A stretch of DNA of 51,585 nucleotides from positions 1 through 51,585 of the forward strand of contig DAOOPF010000006.1 in assembly GCA_035388125.1 (NCBI GenBank), in the 5' to 3' direction. Shown piece by piece: positions 1-7,338 of the stretch. The notes under the pieces were generated by a model. That model was given only the letters and a program-made list of their open reading frames with translations, searched no databases and was not told the DNA's origin. Each line of letters begins with the position of its first letter. The first letter of the stretch is position 1. The position numbers and the translations under genes were made by a program. Source of the DNA: a bacterium (lineage in GTDB: Bacteria > Zhuqueibacterota > Zhuqueibacteria > Residuimicrobiales > Residuimicrobiaceae).

Positions 1-99
1 ACTCCCCAGGATCCACAAACCACACACTGCGCAAAAACTGATCATATTGCTGATATGACGCGGCTGCAACACAAGAAGCAGAGCTCAAGAGGCTTGTAT

Positions 100-128
100 A
101 ATGTACATTTTTGGCGATTAATAGTCAA
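100..128 (-). promoter_or_regulatory. sigma-70-type promoter candidate firing leftward out of the window
   Basis: The minus strand reads TTGACT-17 nt-TACATT (agtcaa at 123-128 and aatgta at 100-105 on the + strand). Five other intergenic sites in this window share this architecture. An ATG at 45 opens a minus-strand frame (MISFCAVCGLWILGS) that runs off the left edge. Confidence 0.35.
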
Positions 129-170
129 GAACAATTATTTTTTTTGACAACTTGCCCATTTTTGACCTGT

Positions 171-213
171 TTTGTGACAAACAAAACGGCCGGCGCATGA
201 AATGCGCCGGCCG
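171..213 (-). terminator. rho-independent terminator downstream of the amidase gene
   Basis: Perfect 12-bp stem cggccggcgcat / atgcgccggccg (187-198 / 202-213) with a 3-nt loop. On the minus strand it is followed by TTTTGTTTGT. It lies 44 nt after the stop codon at 257. Confidence 0.8.
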
Positions 214-256
214 TCGTTAAATAGTTGAACAATTGTCTGGAGGTGTGCTGCAGGCT

Positions 257-2767
257 CTATTTGATGAAGAGCATGCGTTTGACCGCGGTGAAACGGGGGG
301 TGTTGATCCGGTAGAGGTATACGCCGCTGGCAGCTGCATGGCCACCGTCATCGCGTCCGTCCCAGAGCACCGAATAGTGCCCGGCGGACTGGCGGGTCTC
401 GACCAGGGTACGGACCGGCCGGCCGAGCAGATCATAAATACGCACTGAAACCTCGTGCACACCCTCCGGCAGATCATAAAGGATGGTCGTCGACGGGTTG
501 AAAGGATTGGGATAGTTCTGGCGCAGGCTGAAAGTCGCCGGCACAGCAGTCGCCTCCTCCTCCACTCCGACGGCGGAATAGCCGGCGATACGCAGATCGT
601 CAAAATAGAGGGTTCCCGATGTTTTCCCGCCGGGCTCGAAGCCGAGCTGGATGCTGTCAAAAGCGAGGGTTCCATCGAGCTGCCCGTCACCGAGCCAGCT
701 TCCGGAGGCCTCACTGTTCATATCCCAGCTGATCAGGCGCCAGCCGTACCAGTTGACCTTATACCAGGGGCTGACTTCATGGTTTTCTGCTGCGGCCACA
801 GGGACGCGGTCATCCACAGCAAAACGGAAGAGGGTACCGCTGTTGTCGCCGAAGAGGTAGACCTGCAGGCAGCTGCTCTTGTCAAAGGTGACCGCCTTGG
901 CGGGGCCGCCGAAAAGATAGTCACGCAGCAGCCAGGCGGAGGAACCGGTGTTCCAGCCATAGTCGATTGCGAAAGAAAGGGCACTGCCGGTGAGGGGGTT
1001 GACGATTACGGACGAACCATAGGAGCGGGTGCTGTCGGCGATCGTGCCGGTGGTAGTGCCGCTGGCGGAGGGCTGCCACCAGTTTTCCACGCCGTTCTCG
1101 AAGGTGTCGATGGTCCGCGCGCGCCAGAAGGTGGTGCCGGTTTTCATGCGGACGGTTTTGGTTCCGCCCTCCTCGTTGCCGAGGGTGTCGCGCAAGCCCG
1201 GGGCGATGAGCAGGGCATAGAGCTGATTCGGCTCGAGGTCCACGGCCGGTGCAAATGAGAGAACGCTCCTGGAGCCGACGACCGCATGCGCATAGAGGTG
1301 CGGGATCGGCGTGGTGGTGCCATTCTTCTGCAGGGTGAAAAGGCCGGGATGGATCGAAGCAGCGTCGATCACCTCATCGAAAGTGACGTTCAGGATCGGA
1401 CGGGTGTCGATCGCCGGGCTGTTGGTGGGGGGATAGACCGCTGTGATGCGCGGCGCCGTCATGTCCATGGGGCCGGTGCGGAAGTGGAGAACGAAATCAT
1501 CGCCTCCCACCCGATCGCCGTTGCCGTCGAGGGGATGGCCGTAGCGATCCAGGCCCGTGGCGGCGATGGTGACCTGATAGGCGCTCTCAAAATCGAGGGT
1601 ATCGGGCTTGAAGATCATCTGCTGGTCGTTGTTGCCCCAAAGGAACTGGCCTGTGACAGCCGGTTCGATTTTGAAAGCGGCTTCGAAGCTGGCCCGGTCG
1701 ACCGGCCGGTTGAAGATGAAGCTCAGGTTGCCCCAGGCGGGCTGGCGCTCATACCCGTCAGCAGGTGAAGAGAGTTTGACCGCGGGCGGGCGTTTCCAGA
1801 CCAGTTTGGGATCCACAAAGGTGAAGAAGGTGTCGGCAGCGGTCACCTGCAGGGTATCGGGATAATAGTCCGGTGCGCTGACGATGACCTCGAGGGAACC
1901 GGTGGACAGGCCGTCGAGAAGATAGACGCCGTTGCGCAGGGCCTCCGGGTCCGTGGTGTACTTGTGAAAGGTGGTCTCAAAACTGTCGGTGGTATAGCTC
2001 TTGTCGCCGACTGTGACAGTGGCCCCATTGACGGGCACATTGCGCTCGAGGTCGGCGACGATGCCGGTGAGAACGGGATTGGCCGGCAGCGGGAGGCCGT
2101 GGTAGCGGAGGATTGACCAATAGAGGGTATAAGCCTCCAGTTTGTTAAAGGCGGCGCTCATCTGGCGCATATTCTGGGCCATGTTGGTATGGTAGCCGGC
2201 CTCGCTGAGTTCGGCGGGCATGAGGGTATTTTTCGTCACCGAGAGATAGGGGCACGCGCCGGTGTTGTAAAAGTAGCAGTCCCCGCGCGAGCCGCTGCTT
2301 TTTATGCGCATGCCGCGGCTGAGCTGATCGATCATGATATCCGACATGCCCTTGCCCCCGGCGGGGGGGCGTTCATTGTAATTTGCGAGCTGGCCCCAGA
2401 GCAGCAGGGCCGAATTGACTTCCGAGGCTCCGCCGGAGCCGGTGGCATCGCTGTGGATGGAGTGGAACCAGGCTGCGCCGAGTGAATTGGCATAGGTTGA
2501 CCGCGCTAAAAGCCCGACTGGTGTATTATCATCCTCGCGGGTCAGATAGACGGTGTCGATATCGGTGGTCTCCAGGAGCAGGTCGCGCAGCGCCCAGGCG
2601 ACGCGGACATTTTTCTCCGCCTCGGAAAAACCGGCGACGCCCATATTCTCCCTGAAGCTGTGGCCGGGATCGAGGACGATGTTCCATCCCGCCAGGCCGG
2701 TGACCTGCTGGGCCAGTACGCTGCCGCCCCAGAGCAGAGCCATCAGTGCTATGATCGTTTTTTTCAT
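257..2767 (-). CDS. secreted N-acetylmuramoyl-L-alanine amidase-domain protein with Ig-like repeats and a T9SS/FlgD-Ig-type C-terminal sorting domain
   Basis: ORF 257..2866 trimmed to the ATG at 2767, which gives the signal peptide MKKTIIALMALLWGGSVLAQQ. Amidase_3-like motifs are present (IVLDPGHS, FHSIHSDA). Bacterial Ig-like segments follow. The C-terminus NYPNPFNPSTTILYDLP...GVYLYRI...MLFIK is typical of Por/T9SS C-terminal sorting domains. Confidence 0.8.
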   Translation of the reverse strand: MKKTIIALMALLWGGSVLAQQVTGLAGWNIVLDPGHSFRENMGVAGFSEAEKNVRVAWALRDLLLETTDIDTVYLTREDDNTPVGLLARSTYANSLGAAWFHSIHSDATGSGGASEVNSALLLWGQLANYNERPPAGGKGMSDIMIDQLSRGMRIKSSGSRGDCYFYNTGACPYLSVTKNTLMPAELSEAGYHTNMAQNMRQMSAAFNKLEAYTLYWSILRYHGLPLPANPVLTGIVADLERNVPVNGATVTVGDKSYTTDSFETTFHKYTTDPEALRNGVYLLDGLSTGSLEVIVSAPDYYPDTLQVTAADTFFTFVDPKLVWKRPPAVKLSSPADGYERQPAWGNLSFIFNRPVDRASFEAAFKIEPAVTGQFLWGNNDQQMIFKPDTLDFESAYQVTIAATGLDRYGHPLDGNGDRVGGDDFVLHFRTGPMDMTAPRITAVYPPTNSPAIDTRPILNVTFDEVIDAASIHPGLFTLQKNGTTTPIPHLYAHAVVGSRSVLSFAPAVDLEPNQLYALLIAPGLRDTLGNEEGGTKTVRMKTGTTFWRARTIDTFENGVENWWQPSASGTTTGTIADSTRSYGSSVIVNPLTGSALSFAIDYGWNTGSSAWLLRDYLFGGPAKAVTFDKSSCLQVYLFGDNSGTLFRFAVDDRVPVAAAENHEVSPWYKVNWYGWRLISWDMNSEASGSWLGDGQLDGTLAFDSIQLGFEPGGKTSGTLYFDDLRIAGYSAVGVEEEATAVPATFSLRQNYPNPFNPSTTILYDLPEGVHEVSVRIYDLLGRPVRTLVETRQSAGHYSVLWDGRDDGGHAAASGVYLYRINTPRFTAVKRMLFIK

Positions 2768-2780
2768 TACCGTTCCCTGG

Positions 2781-3746
2781 CTAGTCTCTCTTTTCAATGG
2801 ATTCATCCTGAGTGACCGGCAAGCTCCAGATCTCGCCGGTTTCATAAAGATCATATAGAATGGCATCCCCGCGCGGCGACCAGGCAGGGTGCATCTCGCT
2901 GCGGCCTTCGGTCGAGGTCAGCTTTGTCCTGCCGGCGCCATCGGCCCCGATGATATAGAGATCCGAGCCGGTGATGGTATGTCCGTCATCCTGCGTGACC
3001 ATGAAGACGAGGTGTTGGCCGTCGGGTGAAAAGCCGGGATGTTCTCCAGCACCCAGTTCGACCAGGCCGGTGCCGTCGCTGCGCATCACGCAGAGGGGGC
3101 CGCCGAGGATCTGAAAGGCCACCCTCCCACCATCCGCGGACTGGACCAGATTGAAGATGCGCCTGCCGGCCAGGGCAGCGACTGCCGCCGCCTTTTCGGC
3201 CGCCGGAGCGAGGAGCATGGCCCGGTCGCCGTCCAGGAACCAAAGCGGGCGGTCAGCCCGGCGCTGCAGGAGCGCGGGTTCCAGGCCGGAGGGGATGCGC
3301 TGCAAGCTGCCGTTCATGCTGGCGAAAACCTCCCTGCTGTCGGATCCCCAGCACGGCAAGCCGACGATGCCGGTGCGGTAAGCGGTCAGCAGGGTGTCGC
3401 GGCGGGATGTTATATCAAACCGTTTCAGGGCGTTATGGCGTCTGTGACCCTCCGTGCGGCCGACGCGGGCGAGGATGGAGGCGCCGTCCGGCGACCACTG
3501 CAGGCCGAAGCCGGCGCCGGGCTCATCGGTGATACGGCGCATTTCCGAGCCATCAGGGCGCATCAGCCAGATGCCGGCATAATGCGGGGTCGTGACCGAA
3601 ATCAACTCGCCGTCGGGCGACCACTGCGGAGTGCATAGCGGGTTATTTTCATCGCCGGCCAGGTAGCGCGGCGGGCCGGCGGTTCTGAACCCCGCCCATG
3701 CCGGGCAGACCAGGCAGAGAAGCAGCAGGAGCATTCTTTTTGTCAT
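2781..3746 (-). CDS. TolB-like PD40/WD40-like beta-propeller protein, secreted
   Basis: Signal peptide MTKRMLLLLLCLVCPAWAG. Repeated PD40 motifs: QWSPDGELIS, LQWSPDGASI, FSPDGQHLVF, PAWSPRGDAI. Confidence 0.75.
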   Translation of the reverse strand: MTKRMLLLLLCLVCPAWAGFRTAGPPRYLAGDENNPLCTPQWSPDGELISVTTPHYAGIWLMRPDGSEMRRITDEPGAGFGLQWSPDGASILARVGRTEGHRRHNALKRFDITSRRDTLLTAYRTGIVGLPCWGSDSREVFASMNGSLQRIPSGLEPALLQRRADRPLWFLDGDRAMLLAPAAEKAAAVAALAGRRIFNLVQSADGGRVAFQILGGPLCVMRSDGTGLVELGAGEHPGFSPDGQHLVFMVTQDDGHTITGSDLYIIGADGAGRTKLTSTEGRSEMHPAWSPRGDAILYDLYETGEIWSLPVTQDESIEKRD

Positions 3747-3778
3747 GACAGAACTCCGTGGTTAATGACCAGTTTGCT

Positions 3779-3807
3779 ATTTTAGCCAATAATCGCGTAA
3801 AAGTCAA
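3779..3807 (-). promoter_or_regulatory. sigma-70-type promoter for the TolB-like/amidase pair
   Basis: The minus strand reads TTGACT (3802-3807), a 17-nt spacer, then TAAAAT (3779-3784). This lies about 30 nt upstream of the ATG at 3746, which is preceded by GGAG. Confidence 0.5.
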
Positions 3808-3915
3808 GGTTTTTACGGATATACCATGTTTTCCGTGTAGAGAGCACTCCGGAGCGGGTAGCAGAGAAGTAAAGTTGGTCAGGCCTGCTGCGGCCACGAA
3901 AAAGGGCTTGCTTGT

Positions 3916-3930
3916 TGGATGAACATTTGC
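3916..3930 (+). promoter_or_regulatory. weak sigma-54-like -24/-12 element upstream of the heptose kinase gene
   Basis: TGGatgaacatTTGCt has GG and GC at the canonical 12-nt register, but the CAC of the TGGCAC element is not conserved. Confidence 0.2.
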
Positions 3931-3983
3931 TAAACTTACAGGTAGTTTCATATCTCATGAACCATCACCAAAAAGCGGTCCGA

Positions 3984-4985
3984 ATGAATCGTCACATTGT
4001 GCGCGAAAAGCGCATCCGTGAACATATCGCCGCCATGCAGCGGCAGCGCATCATGGTCATCGGCGACCTGATGCTCGATGAATTCATCTGGGGAAAAGTC
4101 TCCCGCATCTCCCCCGAGGCACCTGTCCCTGTGGTACACGTCACCCGTGAGAGCTCCTATCCCGGCGGTGCGGCCAACGTGGCGCGCAATCTGGCCGAGT
4201 TTGGCATCTCATCCGCGATGTGCGGTCTGACCGGCCGCGATTTCAACGGACAGCAGCTGGTCAAGCTGCTCTCAGCGGCCCGCATTGACAGCCAGGGCAT
4301 TCTCATGAGCGGCCGGTTCCCCACCACTGTCAAGACCCGGATCATAGCCCGTCATCAGCAGGTGGTGAGGGTTGACCGGGAGGAGAGCATCCGGCTCTCG
4401 CCCCCCGATCTGCGCAAGCTGGCCCGTTATCTGGAAAAGTCCATCCCGCAAATGAATGCTGTCGTTATCGAGGATTACGGCAAGGGTTTTGTCACCCAGG
4501 AACTGGTGGATCTGGTCCTCCGTCTGGCCCAGGAGCACAAGGTGATTGTCACGGTCGATCCCAATCCGGGCAATCCCTTGCTCTGGCGGGGGGCGACCCT
4601 GATCAAGCCCAATCGTCAGGAGGCCTTTGCCGCGCTCGGCATGCCCGGCAGTGAAGCGCCTGGAGCAATAGAGGCCGCCGGCACCGCACTGCTGGCGCAT
4701 TGGCAGGTGCCTTATCTGCTCGTCACTTTGGGGGAAGAGGGCATGCTCCTCTTTCACCCGCCCAACAAGCCCTATTATAGTCCGACGCGGGCGCGGGAGG
4801 TTTACGATGTCTCCGGCGCGGGCGATACCGCCATCGCCTTTCTGACTGCGGCGCTGGCGGCGGGGATCAGCGCCGAAGAGGCGACGGAGATCGCCAATCA
4901 TGCGGCCGGGATCGTCGTCGGCAAGCTTGGTACTGCGACGGTAGCCGAGAAGGAATTGATCGCGAGTTATATTGACAATGAGTAG
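3984..4985 (+). CDS. hldA: D-glycero-beta-D-manno-heptose-7-phosphate kinase (RfaE/HldE domain I type, PfkB family)
   Basis: IMVIGDLMLDEFIWGKVSRISPEAPVPVV and DVSGAGDTAIA motifs. The ATG at 3984 (alternatively 3957) is preferred over the TTG at 3912. The stop at 4983-4985 overlaps the next gene's ATG at 4978. Confidence 0.8.
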   Translation: MNRHIVREKRIREHIAAMQRQRIMVIGDLMLDEFIWGKVSRISPEAPVPVVHVTRESSYPGGAANVARNLAEFGISSAMCGLTGRDFNGQQLVKLLSAARIDSQGILMSGRFPTTVKTRIIARHQQVVRVDREESIRLSPPDLRKLARYLEKSIPQMNAVVIEDYGKGFVTQELVDLVLRLAQEHKVIVTVDPNPGNPLLWRGATLIKPNRQEAFAALGMPGSEAPGAIEAAGTALLAHWQVPYLLVTLGEEGMLLFHPPNKPYYSPTRAREVYDVSGAGDTAIAFLTAALAAGISAEEATEIANHAAGIVVGKLGTATVAEKELIASYIDNE

Positions 4986-5931
4986 GCCCGCCGTTTTTTT
5001 CGACCGGGATGACACCCTGATCCGGAATATTCCCTACAACGGGGATCCGGAGAAGGTCGAGCTTCTGCCCGGCGCGCGGGAGGCGCTGCTCGACCTCCGG
5101 CAGGCCGGTTTCACGCTGGTCATCATCTCCAACCAGTCGGGTGTCGGCCGGGGCCTGATCACCCCTGCGCAGGTGGATGCTGTCAACCGCGAGATGATGC
5201 GACAGCTGGGCGAAGAGCTCTTCGCGGGCATCTATCTCTGCTTCGCGGCTCCGGACCAGCCCGATGAAAACTGCCGCAAGCCCCATCCCGGAATGGTTTT
5301 GCAGGCGAGGGATGAACACGACCTCGACCTGGAGGGCTCTTTTTTCATCGGCGACAAGCTGATCGATGTTCAGTGCGGCCGGAATGCCGGCTGCCATGCG
5401 GTTTTGTTGTATAATCCCCATGATGATCCGGAAAAGAGAGCGGCCGCCACTGAGGCAGCCGATTTCACCGCCTCCACCCTCCCGGAAGCGGCCCGCTGGA
5501 TCATCGCAACCCATCAGGAGCGGGCACAGCGCCCGTCCAACAAAGAGAGGAAACACACTATGATCGCCAAAAATCAGGTTTATCGCTGCGGTGTCTGCGG
5601 CAACATGGTCGAAGTGGTCGCTGTCGGCGGCGGCACGCTGGTCTGCTGCGGCCAGCCTATGAACCTGCAGGAGGAGAATACCACCGACGGCGCCACTGAA
5701 AAGCATGTGCCGGTAGTTGAGAAAAACGGCACGGTCAAGGTTACAGTCGGCAGCGTCCTTCACCCCATGACCGAGGCGCACTATATTCAGTGGATCGAGG
5801 TAGTCACGGCGAGCAAAGTGCTGCGCAAATACCTCAAGCCGGGCGAGGAACCCGTCGCGGTGTTCACCGTGGATGAGCCGGTGCTCAAGGTGCGCGAATA
5901 CTGCAACCTGCACGGGCTGTGGGCAGTCTGA
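4978..5931 (+). CDS. in-frame fusion ORF: D,D-heptose 1,7-bisphosphate phosphatase (HAD, GmhB-like) followed by desulfoferrodoxin (2Fe superoxide reductase)
   Basis: The N-terminal part has FFDRDDTLI, VIISNQSGVGRG, CRKPHPGM and FFIGDKLIDVQ motifs. No stop codon occurs before MIAKNQVYRCGVCGNMVEV...CCGQPM...EKHVPVV...HPMTEAHYIQWIE...EYCNLHGLW. The whole region is a single frame from 4978 to 5931. Confidence 0.7.
   Translation: MSRPAVFFDRDDTLIRNIPYNGDPEKVELLPGAREALLDLRQAGFTLVIISNQSGVGRGLITPAQVDAVNREMMRQLGEELFAGIYLCFAAPDQPDENCRKPHPGMVLQARDEHDLDLEGSFFIGDKLIDVQCGRNAGCHAVLLYNPHDDPEKRAAATEAADFTASTLPEAARWIIATHQERAQRPSNKERKHTMIAKNQVYRCGVCGNMVEVVAVGGGTLVCCGQPMNLQEENTTDGATEKHVPVVEKNGTVKVTVGSVLHPMTEAHYIQWIEVVTASKVLRKYLKPGEEPVAVFTVDEPVLKVREYCNLHGLWAV
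5560..5931 (+). CDS. dfx: desulfoferrodoxin module, a possible independent translation start inside the fusion ORF
   Basis: The ATG at 5560 is preceded by AAAGAGAGGAAA 8 nt upstream. The 123-aa product has the length of stand-alone Dfx. It keeps the CxxC...CC desulforedoxin centre and the His/Cys centre II ligand pattern. Confidence 0.6.
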   Translation: MIAKNQVYRCGVCGNMVEVVAVGGGTLVCCGQPMNLQEENTTDGATEKHVPVVEKNGTVKVTVGSVLHPMTEAHYIQWIEVVTASKVLRKYLKPGEEPVAVFTVDEPVLKVREYCNLHGLWAV

Positions 5932-5974
5932 ACTTAAGGTACAATTCAGCCGGTATCACTCTCAGGAGGGAACC

Positions 5975-7321
5975 ATGAAACAGCTCTCCATTGTTCTTGT
6001 CTTTATGCTGCTCCTCGGCGGCATCGCCGCTGCGCAGGTCGAGCCGTCGGGCGACGCCCTTTTGGGCAGCAAAAAGTACGAGCAGTATGAAAAGCCGGAG
6101 GCATGCAAAAGCTGTCACCCCGATTTCTATCAGCAGTGGCGGCAGTCGATGATGTCCCAGGCGTTCACTCATCATTGGGATGAGATCGAGTATTTCGATC
6201 TCGCCGTACCCCATGCCGATAAGGTGCCCGGACTCAAGGGGCCGGTCGATGGCTGCAACGGCTGCCACACGCCCCTGGCCTTTATGGCCGGGGATGTGAC
6301 CCCGCCGCGGCCAACGGAAAATTCACGCGCCAACGAAGCAGTCAGCTGTGAGGTTTGCCACACCATCAGCGGCTGGTCCGGCGATGTGCCGCACAATTTC
6401 AGCTACATCTCCACGCCCGGGCGCAAAAAATTCGGCTCCAAGCCTGGACTGGTTTCGCCGCACCACGATACCGAACAGAATGCTCTCTATGAGCAGACGG
6501 AATTCTGCGGCAACTGCCATAACGAGAAGAGCCCGTTCGGCGTCTGGGTAAAATCGACCCAGATCGAGTGGAAAGAGGGGCCCTATGCCGCGCAGGGGGT
6601 ACCCTGTCAGCAGTGCCACATGCCCAAGGCATGGGGCAAAAATGCCACCATGGCCAAGGAGGACATGGTAGCGCAGCATCTGTTCCATGGCGCCCATGAC
6701 GCAGGCAAGGTCGGCGGCACTATCGAGCTGCGCATCCACCCGTCCGAGCAGGAGGTCCCCTATGACGGGACGGTGGCCCTGAGCGTCCAGCTCTTCAACG
6801 CCAAGACCGGCCATAAATTCCCCTCCGGCTCGGTTGAGGACCGCATCGTCTGGCTACATGTCACCGCCAGGGATGCCGCCGGCAAGATCTATCACCTCCC
6901 GGTCGACAAGAAGGGCTTCGCAGGCGAGGAGTACACGATTGCTGCCGACGTGCTGGCCTACCAGGACATGGGCCTGCCCAAGGGCATCGCCAATTTTGCC
7001 GGTGTACAGCGCGACGGGGTCCCGGCCGGGGACAGGATCTTCCGCATGCCCTATTTCGACCCCGAAGGCCGGATGACCATTATGCAGTGGAATACCAAAT
7101 CCCTGGGTGTCGATTACCGCATCGGACCGCGTGAGACCAAAACCGAGACCTACACCTGGCAATTGCCGGATGATGTGACGGCGGGTCCGGTCACCATCAC
7201 CGCACAGCTCAATTTTCAAAAGCTGGTTAAACCTGTGGCCGATTTTCTTGGTGTGCCGGCCGATGAAAGCGAGATCATTCCCGTCAACAGCGCCACAACC
7301 ACCTTTGAAATCTACGAATAA
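5975..7321 (+). CDS. secreted pentahaem c-type cytochrome
   Basis: The ATG at 5975 follows AGGAGGG. Signal peptide MKQLSIVLVFMLLLGGIAAAQ. Five CXXCH motifs: CKSCH, CNGCH, CEVCH, CGNCH, CQQCH. The C-terminal roughly 200 aa contain no haem motif. Confidence 0.8.
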   Translation: MKQLSIVLVFMLLLGGIAAAQVEPSGDALLGSKKYEQYEKPEACKSCHPDFYQQWRQSMMSQAFTHHWDEIEYFDLAVPHADKVPGLKGPVDGCNGCHTPLAFMAGDVTPPRPTENSRANEAVSCEVCHTISGWSGDVPHNFSYISTPGRKKFGSKPGLVSPHHDTEQNALYEQTEFCGNCHNEKSPFGVWVKSTQIEWKEGPYAAQGVPCQQCHMPKAWGKNATMAKEDMVAQHLFHGAHDAGKVGGTIELRIHPSEQEVPYDGTVALSVQLFNAKTGHKFPSGSVEDRIVWLHVTARDAAGKIYHLPVDKKGFAGEEYTIAADVLAYQDMGLPKGIANFAGVQRDGVPAGDRIFRMPYFDPEGRMTIMQWNTKSLGVDYRIGPRETKTETYTWQLPDDVTAGPVTITAQLNFQKLVKPVADFLGVPADESEIIPVNSATTTFEIYE

Positions 7322-7338
7322 ACCCGAGGAGGCGCATC

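Noticed and set aside
1-45. Possible 5' end of a minus-strand gene (ATG at 45, MISFCAVCGLWILGS...) running off the left edge
   Set aside because: Only 15 codons are visible and there is no SD. It is mentioned as support for the promoter at 100-128, but it is too short to call as a CDS.
4867-5913. 348-aa minus-strand ORF opposite gmhB-dfx
   Set aside because: The plus strand encodes complete HAD and desulfoferrodoxin modules. The antisense frame has no recognisable features.
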